From Glycera tridactyla (taxonomy: Eukaryota): DNA of 64,000 bases. Position 1 is the stretch's first letter; each line of letters starts with the position of its first letter. Location of the stretch: assembly GCA_965644265.1 (NCBI GenBank), contig OZ286475.1, positions 66,650,001-66,714,000 of the forward strand, given 5' to 3'. This document shows, in pieces, positions 13,785 through 26,299 of this stretch. The position numbers were made by a program, and so were the translations under genes. The notes below the pieces were generated by a model. That model worked only from the letters and a program-made list of their open reading frames with translations, was not told the origin of the DNA and ran no database searches.

Positions 13785-14030
13785 CACACGCACAGGTGCT
13801 GTCTCTCCCTCACAGGATGAATTTCAACATGGACACTAAACACACTCATGAACAAACACACTCGCATGCAAACAAACTAACACACACAGACAGAAACACA
13901 CCAACACACACATACGCAAACACAAACCAACACACACATACACGAACACACCAACACACAAAAACACAAACACACACACATACACACATACACACTTACA
14001 CACCAATACACATTCATTTACATACTCAAT
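12529..14030. repeat. CA-rich compound minisatellite, right block
   Basis: Same unit as 5405-6449; resumes in phase after the LTR. Confidence 0.95.
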
Positions 14031-14432
14031 CTCCCACGGCTGACAGCTCGTAATCGAACACATTGGCTGGGTATTCTCTGAACTGAGGCATTTCCTTGTT
14101 CAAATCACTTTTCTAGAAGTGGGAGCACAACTCTCAGGCTTGAGTGTTGGCTTCCAGTCAATTACATAGCAAGATATCCCAATGATCGGTCAGTACTATA
14201 CGAGTTGAGTAGAGGTCTGTGCGAGCTGTTTGCCACATTATTTCTACTTCCCCATCTTCTTTGTTCGGGGATCCCGGGAGTGATGTCCGCAGAAGACAGA
14301 ACATCCAGCTCCTACTAATTGATAACACATTGTAAACATAATCGTTGGGGTTGACACTGGCTGCATCTTGGACTCATAGGTCTGTTTGTAATCTGCCCCC
14401 CCCCCTCAAATTTCATCAATCAGGGGTATTTA

Positions 14433-17062
14433 TTGATTCACTCCACACTCCACTTTTTTCTAAAGTCATTCAAATTGGATCAATTGATAAATGAACCTAC
14501 GAGAGTCACGCCACAAAGTAGTACATTAATCGATCACATTTGCGTAAACAACAAGAATCTATACTGGAAGTTCGGGGAAATGGATCTTGGACTCTCTGAC
14601 CACTCTTCAGTCTACACCATCAGAAAAAAAAGGAAGATCAGCAAAGAATCGGTATACACGGAAATACGTGACTATAACCATACCGACAAAGAAAAGTTTA
14701 ATGCTGATGTGAAAAATGCAGACTGGAATAGGTTGTATACCGAACATGATGTGAATGTTTGTATAAAAATTTTGAATGAAATCATGCTCCCCCTGGTTGA
14801 CAAACATATGCCAATGTCGAAGAAAAAGGTTCACATAAATGGACCCAAATGGGTCAATCATGAATACTTGAGTCTCAGTGACCGCCTTTGTTACCAAAGT
14901 AGTATGTGTTCAAGAAATCCCTCGGAAGTGAATATAACTAACAAGAAAGAGACTCAGAGAGAATGTCGTAAGTTAAAAAGACGACTGCAGTGTAATCATA
15001 TCACAAATAGTCTGAATGAACATGAAAATGATCCAAAGAAATTATGGAGAACCTTGAAAGAATTTTGGCCGACAAAAAGCTCCTCAAATCATATCTCTGA
15101 AATCAATGGAGAATCAAATGATACCAAAATTGCTAATACCCTCAATGAACATTTCTTTTCGGTTGGTCCCAAACTAGCAGGAAAGCTTGGACCCAGATGC
15201 CAGAATGATTTCATGAACAATTATACAACAAATAGAACTAATTCAATTTTTGCGCCACCTCTACTGACTCGGTACTAAAGGCGATTGATAGGCTATCGAC
15301 TAACAAAAGCTGCGGTAACGACGGCCTCACTCCAACCATACTAAAATGGTGCAAAAGCACCATTGCTCCTATACTCACCTATATTTTCACCTGAGGTTTT
15401 GAATCGTGTGTATTCTCAACTGAGCTAAAAAAGGCAGTAGTTACACCACTAAGATGGACCCAGAAATGATCCAAATGATTATCGTCCCATTAGTGTGCTG
15501 GCAACAATCAGCAAACTATACGAAAGAATAGCACACAATCAACTAACAGCATATATCAAGGAAAACGACATTCTATGTCGGGAACAGTCTGGGTTCAGGG
15601 AGGGGCACTCTACTGGCACATGCTCGATTCGATTCCTGGATGATATATATCGAGGAGTCGAGTTGGGCATGGCCAGTGGAGTGCTCTTCCTTGATCTCAG
15701 GAAAGCTTTTGATACGGTTGACCATGATATCTTATTGGGGAAATTGAAAATATTGGGTCTCGAGAGTACAAGTGTCAACTGGATTTCATCATATCTAACA
15801 GATAGAACACAATCTACCCGAGTCAATGGACATCTGTCTAGTGAATTGAATATAACTTGCGGAGTGCCCCAGGGATCCATCCTGGGGCCACTTCTATTTA
15901 CGATATATGTAAATGATCTTCCATCCTGCCTCAGTTGTGGAACCAGTAGTTTATATGCAGACGATACAGCTATTGTCGTCACAGACAAAAATCAAGACAT
16001 CATACAGCAAAACTTGAATATTAGCCTGGCTGAAGTGTCTGTCTGGTTATTACAAAATAGGTTGTCACTGAATATCGCCAAAACGAATTACATGATCATA
16101 GGCACGAATCACATGTTAAATTCATGTCAAAATAAAGTAGTCAAACATGAGGATGACATTGTGAAACCAGTGAAATGCTTCAAATACCTCGGTGTCAAAC
16201 TTGACCACAAGCTAAGTTTTACGGAACATGCCCTTTATATACGTCAGCGCACCATATCACGTGTAAAACAATTATGTAGACTAAGACCCATCATCAGCCG
16301 CCAAACTGCTCTTATGCTATACAAAACACTAGTCCTCCCCATGTTCAACTACTGTGATATCATATACGATGGTCTGAATCAAAAGGACAGCGTATTCCTT
16401 CAGCGTGTCCAGAATCTTGCATGTCGTTGTATTACCCAAACAGCCCCAAGAGCAAATTCACAGGCACTACATGACCAACTATCACTGGATTATTTGACAA
16501 CCAGGAGGCGAAAACATCTGGCTACTATGTCATACAAAATGATGAATCAAAAGGCCCCCCAATATCTAACAAATTCCATGAAGTTTGTATCTGATGGGAG
16601 CTTGCGATCAACCAGATCATGTACTCGTAATGATTTGGTCATCCCTAGAATGATGACATCCAAAGCTAGATGTTGTTTCCATTATAGAGCATGCTTACAA
16701 TGGAATCGTCTCCCAGTTGATATTCGCGAGAGTCCGAGTATTGATACTTTCAAATCTAAACTCGAAAATCTGTCACCCACCTTGTTTTGAATATCATAGC
16801 CAAAGAAGAACAATATTGTCATAATATCCCTTTCCCTCCCCCTCCCTTGCTGCCAGGCCTCTCTCCAAACCACCCTCGTCCTTGACATCACAAGATACTA
16901 TTCATTTATACTATAATAAGCCTCTACCCGAAATAAATGTTGTATGTATAATAATAGTTAAGTATTGTATATATGTTGTATTCTCGGCCCCAGCGAAAAA
17001 GCTTCCATTGTTGGAGTAATTCCTGTTGACGAATCAAAATAAAGTTATACAAACAAACAAAC
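14433..17062 (+). mobile_element. 5'-truncated L2/Crack/Daphne-type LINE
   Basis: End of APE domain (LIDHI, GLSDH), KKLWRTLK, FLDLRKAFDTVDH, GVPQGSILGPLLF, YADD, KYLGV; 3' end AATAAA plus (CAAA)n. Confidence 0.92.
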
Positions 17063-17504
17063 GATGGTAGCTGTTACGTGCAGCATACCGTGATATGTAC
17101 ACTTTGTATCATGGCCATAAACTAGATGGAATTGATAGTGATAGTTGCTCTTTGAAATAACCTAACATATAACATATGACATAACTTCTATTTGATCTCT
17201 CTCGCCACAGAGGGTTGCCTGTACTATCCGGGCCCGAGATACAATACATAAAACAGCATATATAACAATTCAAATCTGGATTACTCGCTCATATATCACA
17301 GAACTAAAGATAACGACACCGACCATTGCCTACAAGTTGGTATGCAGTAGTCTCCTGATATATCGTTCAGAATGCACTTCAGACGACGCTTGAGGATCGC
17401 CTATTAAGAAAACATACAGGGTTATCATAAATATATCATCATGCTGGGGTGGTTGTCTACATAACGTCGCCACTATTCAGATGGTTTCATGATGAGCACA
17501 TTTA

Positions 17505-17680
17505 CAGTCAAACCTGTATTCAGCAACCACCCTCGGAACAGTGAAAAGTGATTGCTTAAGACAGGCGGTTGTCTAATACAGGTTAATTATAGTGAGAAAT
17601 ACTCTGGAGGGACTTTCATAAGTGGTTGCTTAAGGCAGGTGGTTGTTTAATACAGGTGCTCTTTATAGCAGGTTCAACTG
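17505..17680. mobile_element. MITE, Tc1/pogo-type, family B
   Basis: TA-CAGTCAAACCTG...CAGGTTCAACTG-TA, 176 bp; second copy at 21286. Confidence 0.85.
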
Positions 17681-17902
17681 TATATAACATTAGGCTCCAG
17701 TCTCGATGCACGGTACAACAGCAGGGGAAAAACACAGAAGACGGAGCTGAAATGCTTAGATGCCATCCGTTTAAATCCGGCTCAATTGTTTGTTGTCCCG
17801 CTGTATAGACAATGTCCCCGACTGTGCACTGACGGTGCGTACGTAGCGACATCTATTGGTCAGTTGGTTACTGAGCAGAGACACCTGTTGACAGGCGGTG
17901 GT

Positions 17903-17904
<2 letters not shown>

Positions 17905-17975
<71 letters not shown>
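17905..17975. repeat. (CT)n microsatellite
   Basis: Perfect CT run. Confidence 0.99.
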
Positions 17976-17978
<3 letters not shown>

Positions 17979-18009
17979 GACAGCCCCGGATGCTCCACTA
18001 GTTCATAGA

Positions 18010-18372
18010 AATGAAATTCTTGGTGACGGTCTCATTGCTGCTTTCATACCCATAGCATCCTACCTGTGTTACATTGATCTTAATACCGACCATTTCCTAC
18101 TTAGTATCAGTATCCAGACCTCTACACTACCCAAAACCAATAGAATATACTAGCGAAACATTAAGATTTCCAAGAATCTCTCCTTATCCTATCAACTTGC
18201 ACCCCGCCATTGAAACTCCCAGCCCCTCTCTATGTGTTGCGCTCGTCACTCACTTGGTCTCATTCACCGTTTACTTTGTACATATTATATGTGATTACTG
18301 TATATATGTTGCCCGTTTGAGCATATTATGTGACATTTGTCAATGCTTCTCGAATAAAGTTTATTCAATTCA
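18010..18372 (+). mobile_element. Probable LINE 3' end fragment
   Basis: UTR-like sequence ending AATAAAGTTTATTCAATTCAA. Confidence 0.4.
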
Positions 18373-18835
18373 AAAAAGATGCAGGCACATTTACAAATAT
18401 ATCGTCGCCCTTGGGGTGGTTTTCCACGGACCTTGCCACCATCCAAAATGGATGCATTGAGGGTACGGCTGAAGTAGTTTCAGAGCACTGCACTATGAAA
18501 CTAATGACTGGGCATTCTCAAATCGAAAAAAAAAATTGATGGATGAATCAAAAGATTGGAATTCAGCAATGATGATCCGGTCTTATGAGATTCTATCGAT
18601 CCTAGTGCCATAGAAGACTTCAATCATTTCGAGGATCTCCTCCACATCGTTTTGCAGACCTTGTTCTATATAGCAGAGTACTGAGGAGTTGATTGGTATG
18701 TTTTATTGGTGTATTGTTGCCATACAATTGTTTCCATCCTACCGCCTGATCCACCCAATTTGCCCATCAGCATGTACAACCATATTGATTTGGCCCACAT
18801 CTGTCTCTTTTTCTCCTTTTTCTGTCAGCATCTAA

Positions 18836-18985
18836 TTAATGTATAAATACACTTGTTATGTTTCTGACCTGTGCATAAGCACCTAATATGACCCCTCGGG
18901 GTCAGTTGTATAAACTGTATACTCCACCTGTATATAGATTTATATCTTATGCAATAAAAATATTTCTGATTCTGATTCTGATCGT
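18836..18985 (+). mobile_element. LINE 3' end fragment
   Basis: GCATAAGCAC.TAATATGACCC...GGGTC and CTTATGCAATAAAA plus (TCTGAT)n; matches the 3' end of the LINE at 37232-38533. Confidence 0.6.
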
Positions 18986-18989
18986 AGAT

Positions 18990-20800
18990 TGAATGACACA
19001 ATTGTATCACTTCGATGGCTATGGTTCGAAGGGGTTCCCTGTATGCCTTTCCCAGGCCATCGAGATCACTGTCACGTGCCCTGCCATAGATTGTATCACC
19101 ATAATTCGCGGGGTTGGGAATTACAGACATATTTGTGTGCACATCCTGAGCTCATGTATCCGCTATTTCTTCTTAACTGGGATATGCGATTTCTAAGGTC
19201 TTTTTCAGCTTTGTCTAGGTGTGGTTTGAACAAGAGAGTAGGGTCCAGTATAAGACCAAGATATTTCGTAGTCTCAACTTACTCTAGAGAGAGTGTCTGA
19301 CTCAGCAGCTTCTGATTAATTCCATTCATATCCAATCGCTGACGGGTCCCGAACAGCATGCAGTTGAATTTGGTCTTGTTCAAGCTTAATTTCTTAGATC
19401 GAAGAAAATAACTCTATTGGCCATGTCTTTTTTCAGACTTTTCACAAATAGTATATACTTTATCTCCAGTTACATGAATTGTGGTGTCATCCCATTACAA
19501 AGATACATCGGAAAATTCCAAGATATTTGGCAGGGAATTTACGTACAACGAGAAGAAGAGGGGGCCCAATATCGAGCCCTGGGGGACGCCGCATTTCACC
19601 TGGCTTAATAATGATTTTGTGTTATTCAATTTTATGGATTGCATCCTCTCGGTGAGATTACCATGAACCCATTCGGACGCTGTATTGCTAAGGCCAGGAA
19701 TGTAAAGGTCATCTTTCAAAAGATCGTGATTCACAGTGTCAAAGGCTTTTGCAAGGTCAAGGAAGACCACTCCAACCATTTGACCGTTATCCATGGCGTA
19801 GTAGATCATCTCTGTGAAGCTTGCCGAGCATGTTACGGTTGAGTGGTACTTCCCGAACCCAAAGCCGGACTGGACACAACATTATGGCTGTCCAAGTAGG
19901 ACACTAGTTGATCATGCACCAGGCATTCGACCAGTTTGCCAGGATAGGGAAGGACAGAAATAGGTCCGAAATCGCTTGCCTTTGTCGATTTTCTTGACTT
20001 AGGTAACTATGCTTCCATGATGACGAGAAGGTGTCTGACTGTTTATCACATGGATGTGCCATTTTCAGTGAAGTATCAGGTGGTGAGTATTGCGTTTGAT
20101 ACTCCACAGCTGGATGAGAGCTACTTTTAGATGATTTCTCACTTAATCCATGCAATAAAAGCAAGACTATATGACCGTGGGTAAATTTCTCGTTGTGAAT
20201 TTCTCCGGATGTCACTCGGCCTTTAGCCTCAAGACATCCTGTGAAATTTAGACCTTGTTTGGTATCGAGTTTTTACTTCACGGCCATATAGTCTTGCTAT
20301 AATACATGTGTTTGCTATTTCGGTCAAAGTGGGGCATGAGCCTGGTGCTGCAAGTCTGTTCAGATTGTTGCTGAAGGTGTTTGAGCTTTTCATGTTGGTA
20401 GTGGCTTTAGCTACACTAGATAAGTTGACTTTTTTGAGGAAACATTCTACATTATTTGTTCGACGTGCACTCGTGGAAGGGTCATCTACTATAGATAAGG
20501 TTAGTTTTGGCCCTACTTCAGTATTTATTCAGATTTTCAATGAGTGGTGACACAGTCATCCGATCTGAGGTTGGTGGATAGGCCAGTATCATTTTCCGGC
20601 CATAGTGAGCGGAAAACTCGCCACAATTTCTTAGGGTCATTACCTGCCACTTTACTTATATTATTTCCATGAAATCTTGTATGGTTGTGAAAACCCATCT
20701 GCTTTGATCCAGATAGATTACTTGAATAGCTCTTTATGAGTCTATCTTCCATGAAAATGGCTCCTACTTCCAGAAATTTCCTGCCAGCTCATGATTGATC
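18990..20800 (-). mobile_element. Decayed L2/Crack-type LINE
   Basis: PKKLWRVFRSLWP, FLDLAKAFDTVNH, GVPQGSILGPL, YLGLILDP; many disruptions; contains an H1 insertion. Confidence 0.85.
20043..20301 (-). mobile_element. Non-autonomous hairpin element, family H1
   Basis: Full copy in reverse orientation; removing it restores NTCIQSDTFSSSWK in the host LINE frame. Confidence 0.85.
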
Positions 20801-21285
20801 TTGGCTTGCCGTCAGGTTTGACACTGCTAATGATACAAATACTCTCCATCTTTTTCTGTTCATTTTGGACTGATTTTTCATTGCGCATCATGGGTATATG
20901 TTGAAGAATTTTAATCTAAGATGGTATTGAAGTGTTTGATTGTATGATTTAGTGATTTATGAGTGAAATCCACATGTTCAATGATTGGCTTTTGAGAGTG
21001 AGGTATCCTCATCCCGGACATTTCGACACAGTTTGCAGCTGGTGGACTGGATAAATGTGAGAATTCGAATTGATTCCTCTCACACTCACCAGCAGTGATG
21101 TGTGTTGCCAGACATCCTTCTTTCGGTATACATGCCTAGTTTCCTCACCTGGAAACAAAAACCCACCTGTCATTACATATCAGCAGTTTTCCCTATGATC
21201 TCATAACACACATCGTGAATCAGCATGATTGAAAGACATTCCGTTGAGGTAAGGAGGGTCAATATCACAATTTTATATATACATA

Positions 21286-21461
21286 CAGTCAAACCTGTAT
21301 TCAGCAACTACCCTTCGTACAGTGAAAAGTGGTTGCTTAAGACAGGTGGTTGTCTAATACATGTTAATTATAGTGAGAAATATTCTGGAGGGAGTTTCAA
21401 AAGTGGTTGCTTGAGGCAGGTGGTTGCTTAATACAGGCGCCCTTGATAGCAGGTCCATCTG
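21286..21461. mobile_element. MITE family B
   Basis: TA-CAGTCAAACCTG...CAGGTCCATCTG-TA, 176 bp; homologous to 17505-17680. Confidence 0.85.
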
Positions 21462-21576
21462 TAATTCTATATGTTGCAAGAATGTTTCATAATTTGTTCA
21501 ATCTGTATATCACGAAAACAATGTTGGTCGACTGTGTTTGCTGGAATTGTGTTTCAAACCACCTCACTTTGTGATA

Positions 21577-21755
21577 CAGTCAAACCCGTCTATGAAGACC
21601 GTCTTTGGTCGCATCAAAAAGGCGTTTTTTATAGGCAGGTCATCTTTATAGAGAGGTCATTCTCTGTTGGAAATACTATCGCGGTTGCAGCTCAGGGTGA
21701 TCTTTATAGACAGGTGGTCTTTTTAGAGAGGTGGTCATTAGAGCAAGTTTGCCTT
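21577..21755. mobile_element. MITE family A
   Basis: TA-CAGTCAAACCCG start, degenerate right TIR followed by TA; homologous to 173-349. Confidence 0.7.
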
Positions 21756-23119
21756 TATCTGTATATCACATATCGCAAACACTATTACATATTATAATAT
21801 ATTCAGGCGGTGAGTATGCAGGTGGTGGGCATTAAGAGAAATGCTCGCATCAAGTTTTATTTCACATATATATTCTCCACAGGAGTTTCATCTAGTCGAT
21901 TACATTTTGTGAGAGATCTTAGGCAACCTGATTTCTTTCTGGAATTCCCACTGCATGTCTTTCACTATTGACTTTTTGTTTCTTCAATAGTTTGATTACA
22001 GAGATGATCCAAAAAGTAATCCTATTGCTGACCTCGCCCCTCTTATTTTAATTGCAATTCTTTTTGCAAGGATGGCAGAAATCAGGGTATTTTTCGCTTG
22101 AGAACCTGCGTGAACCTGTGTTTGTAATTTTTTTCCTATTTGTGTATTCAATTGTTGGCTTTTTTATAAACCATGGCAGTGGGTTTTGTGTGTAGTATGT
22201 TTCTGTGTGAACCATGCTAATGTTCACTTTGTCGACCATATGGTCGTTTTGCTTGTTGAATACCAAGTGAGTGTTTGCTTCCAAAATACATGGTGTTGGG
22301 ATTTTGTGTGTAGTGTGTATCAGACTTTAGAGATATCAAAATCAACAATTTCCGACAACCTTTGTATGAGATACACCATTTCCATTCATCAACCCCATGT
22401 TTTCTCGAACAGTTTCATCCATGAACATCTGGTTGTCAACTCAACCTCTGGTATTCATTGTCAATATGTACATAGAACTTTTTGCACTTATTCAAATTTG
22501 TTATTGTGAATAGGTTGATGTGACCTGCTGTAGTTTTTTCAAAGAGGCATAAATCTTTTACAGTAGCTTTCAATGTACATTTGTTAGCATAGAGTGACAA
22601 TGAAATTCCATGATCCCCTGCATGATCACCTGCATGCTAAATGACTCTCTCTCTCTGTCTTTCTTAAGGCTTCATAATGTTTATTCATGGAGATGAGCTG
22701 AGACAACTCATTTCCATTCCATATACATCAAAGCAAAAAACGTACATACATTGACCAAATAATAAGCTACTCACATATTACATTGCACAAAAGAAAACCA
22801 CATTTTCGGAAAAGTTGGCTAGAAAAATAAGAACGGACCCACATTGCAGTACCAGGCATGTGCAACATCCAATACAATTTTGTGGCTCATGAAAAGTCAC
22901 TTGCGCTTATCGCAACTGACTAACTTGCAGACAAAGGACTATATTCACCGAACGTCTTACAATTATATACGTAGATCATAAGTACTAAGTGACTGAAGAC
23001 ATCAAATTCCTGTGAATAATACATTATCTATTGGTACATTGTCAATGCATTGTCGATGCACCAATCGACTGCCCCACTGACTGTCAAACTGACTATGGCA
23101 TCGTAAAGTAGAGTGATCC

Positions 23120-23405
23120 ATTAATTTACAATTTATTTGCGAAAACAAAAACTGCTTGTCTACTGTCCTTCGAGCGTTTCTTGAACACAGAGAGACTATC
23201 CGTGTCTTTTGTGATAGGGGGCAACCCATCGTATATGCGGGCCCCACGTACACAGAACCGGCTATCCCCCATGACAGTACTAGATCGTTTATAAAGTAGG
23301 GTCTCATGGTCTACCATGTCAGATGCCTTTTTTAGGTCCAGGAAGACCGCCCCAGTAGCACACCCCTGATCCATGCCATTCCATATCTCTTCCAAGATAC
23401 TCAAG
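23120..23405 (-). pseudogene. Internally deleted LINE RT fragment
   Basis: GAVFLDLKKASDMVDHETLL fused directly to the C-terminal FCVRGARIYDGLP motif. Confidence 0.7.
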
Positions 23406-23442
23406 AGGCACGTGCTAGTAGAGTGGCCCTTCCTGAACCCTC

Positions 23443-23488
<46 letters not shown>

Positions 23489-23757
23489 GATGTTAACAGT
23501 TTAATATGGATGTTTTGCGACGGTACCTACTTTTCCCATATTTTCGAAAGAATGTATCATCGCAATGTGAACCATTTCCGGCAAAATAAAATTTTGAAAT
23601 TCATATTTTTCGCTACTCTCTTTTTGTGTTGTGCCACTGTACTGTCTTACAAATGGGTCAGAGTGCGTGTGGGAGCCCAGTATGTGTCATTGGATCGGGT
23701 TTACATTTCCAGATATGAATGCAATACATGTTAATGCTGATACTTGATGCGGGTCAC

Positions 23758-24396
23758 ATGGAACATCAAGATTACTGTTCAAGGAAAATTCAAGATCCAT
23801 TTTATGTGGTCGATTCAGGAGCAGAAAGATTACTTACATATATAACATTCTGAGAACATTTCCAACAGAGAAATGAAATTTCTCTACTGTTACTCAGCCG
23901 ACCAGCCTCTGTGCACACTTATGAAAGGATATGTGCCCCATATCACTTTCAATAAGGAACTGCCAAATGATGAAATATTGGAGAAATTCACTTCTCCAGC
24001 TAAGATGCACTTCATTATGGTAATTGATGACCTGATGCAAGATTTGATTTCTTAAAAGATTATGTTGGATTTTTCCACATTATGGGCATATATTTTCTGT
24101 ACGTTTCGCACAACTTGTACAAACGAGGCAAGTTCAGCAGGGCGATCACACTTAACGCCTCATACATTTGCCTGCTTCAAAATGTACGTGGAGGGGATCA
24201 GATTTTGACCCTTAGTAGACGAATGTATCCTGGAAAAAAAGAAGATATGATTGCTGAAGCCTATAAACAGGCAATGAACCTTCAGCACTATAGATACCTG
24301 ATCATTGATATGACACCGAACACAACAGACGAGCTATGCCTGCGAACAAAAGTGTTTCCCTCCGAAATAACACGATTCTTCACGACACCTCTCTAG
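23758..24396 (+). pseudogene. Polinton packaging ATPase (A32/FtsK-like)
   Basis: Frameshifted Walker A (SILCG..GxGK-like), VIDDLM Walker B, SHNLY, ITLNASYICLLQNVRG, YLIIDMTP, LRTKVFP. Confidence 0.85.
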
Positions 24397-24476
24397 GCCG
24401 GTTGCACTTAGTGCATAGGATACATTAGTCAAAATTCATGAGAAAAAACATCATGTCTAGGTCCGTGAAATAATCC

Positions 24477-24764
24477 ATGAAGCTTGTCCACAATGAAAGG
24501 CCTTTCTTTTTGGCTCTATTCAACTCAGCCGAGGAATCAGACGTAAGTGATATACATCTCCTGCTGGAAGGCATGTCTATAGAACAGGCATCTGCAATAG
24601 GCACAGTTGAATTAAATACATTGTACGGTTCCATTGGAATTTCCACAAGACATAAAAAAGAAATGAAACAACTGAAGAAATATTTTAGATCAATTACAGA
24701 TGAAACAACTGTACCAGGGCTTAGGAAACGCTTCAAAAGGCTTCAAAAATGTTTATTTCCATAA
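24477..24764 (+). CDS. Polinton small basic ORF
   Basis: LNTLYGSIGISTRHKKEMKQLKKYFRSI resembles the small ORF that commonly follows the Polinton ATPase (recalled pattern). Confidence 0.55.
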   Translation: MKLVHNERPFFLALFNSAEESDVSDIHLLLEGMSIEQASAIGTVELNTLYGSIGISTRHKKEMKQLKKYFRSITDETTVPGLRKRFKRLQKCLFP

Positions 24765-24926
24765 CAGTGTATCCCCGACCCCTCCCCCAACACAGATGTT
24801 GACAGCAATAAAAGATACATATATATATTATGTCAATCCTAGCTATACTGGTCATAGAAATTGTAGACATTTGAGCAAATCCAACAGAATTTCTTTAGTG
24901 GTATTCAAGAACCTGGACAACCTCAT

Positions 24927-25202
24927 ATGGCGAGATCAGAAACCAACTCAATGAGTACCACGAATGTCAGAGAATATTTTTCGGTTCCTGCTTCCAAATC
25001 AGAGGCATTCATTGAATTCCAAAATGGCGACGAGGCCGATGGCAACAAAAATCATCGTGACCATGCAGCTATAAATACCAATTCTCACGAAATGGGGTCA
25101 TCAGAAGTACGAACTACACCCACGAGTGAACAAGCATGGGCTGAAGAGATGAAAGGTGGTCGATCAAAAGCGAGAAGGACAATCATACGCAGACTCACTT
25201 AA
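24927..25202 (+). CDS. Unknown 91-aa ORF with SEQAWAEEMKGGR motif
   Basis: Open frame; TAATG stop/start overlap with the next ORF; paralogous motif at 28370-28585 on the minus strand. Confidence 0.55.
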   Translation: MARSETNSMSTTNVREYFSVPASKSEAFIEFQNGDEADGNKNHRDHAAINTNSHEMGSSEVRTTPTSEQAWAEEMKGGRSKARRTIIRRLT

Positions 25203-25840
25203 TGGATCACATACCAAATCCCCCCCCCCAAAAAAAAATGGGGGAAAAGATGGCTAGACTTCAAGAGCATCGGGAGAAGTTAGGTAGACTGTGGCCCACT
25301 TGTGACATTGAGGTATGTTGTACTAATGCCCTGTGTAAATCGAACTTTAATTGTTCAGTCGATTCGACTGACAGCACTCACATGTTCCCTAACATTAAAT
25401 TCAACCCATCGAAAATGAACTGTGCTGTTATGCAACATCATGAGATAGGTGGAGGGAAACCAGTAGCTCTCATATTCAAGTCAGGATATATTTCAATTAC
25501 CATTGATAAGACTGTCTCAGCTGCAAAGATCAATATGCGTCAGTTTTTTCACGTATTTCAAAGAAAAGGCTATGATGTGAGATTGACCAGGGTCTCAATT
25601 CAAGCACCATCAGTCTGTGTCAAGCTACCATCGACATTAAAAATCAACAGCATTAACAAGTTGTCCAATGCCAGCTACGTACCTGAATCACTTCAAGTTC
25701 TATTGCTCAAGGTAGGCAGTATCTCCTTCCTGATATTTCCATAAGGTAGTATTGTTATCACCGGCCCCAATTGCTCATCCTGTATAGCACATGTACTTAC
25801 CAATGTTATTGTATTTTGTTGGTCCGTCCCCAAAAATTAG
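25202..25840 (+). pseudogene. Divergent TATA-binding protein (TBP)-like gene with one in-frame stop
   Basis: Colinear with the TBP core: TNAL..NFNCSVD, NIKFNPSKM.CAVM, VALIFKSG, RKGY...IQ, SYVPE, FLIFP*GSIVITG; TAA at 25742-25744, frame ends at TAG 25838-25840. Confidence 0.8.
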
Positions 25841-26028
25841 TCCATCGGAAGTGACACATGTGACAATGACTGATGGTACTATGGGGTCGGGTTCAGTTGA
25901 GTCCCACTCATCCATTGGTCAGGTAAACCTGTCTGCAATAAATTTAGAAGAAAACATAGGAATTAGAGATTCAGGAGCTGAGGTGAACTCGCCTGCATTG
26001 AGTCACACACTTTCTGGATGACAGACTC

Positions 26029-26298
26029 ATGCCTGGCTTATGTATTGAGAATGAGATATTTTCTAGAGTCCCCTTTTATGAACAAGCCATTCTAATTTTC
26101 ATCATTTGCATCGCTTACATCATGAACTTGAGTATTGGATCCGAACACAAAACTGTATGGGTATCACTTCTTCCCTCGATCTTAGGATATATATTGCCAT
26201 CTCTTCAAATTAGAGGACCTCAGAAAAACACGATTGTGGGAATAATCCAGGAAGCCCTAGGCCTTTTCGACTGGTCAGTTTCCTTGAAATTGGGTTGA
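26029..26298 (+). CDS. Polinton small transmembrane ORF
   Basis: FYEQAILIFIICIAYIMNLSIG...VWVSLLPSILGYILPS fits a recalled conserved small Polinton membrane protein. Confidence 0.65.
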   Translation: MPGLCIENEIFSRVPFYEQAILIFIICIAYIMNLSIGSEHKTVWVSLLPSILGYILPSLQIRGPQKNTIVGIIQEALGLFDWSVSLKLG

Positions 26299-26299
26299 C

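Noticed and set aside
5373-14063. Many VCVC/HTHT ORFs in the track
   Set aside because: Translations of (CA)n/(TG)n minisatellite, not genes
23400-23760. Polinton terminal inverted repeat or pPolB
   Set aside because: No AGT-repeat terminus or polymerase motifs were recognised at either edge of the remnant
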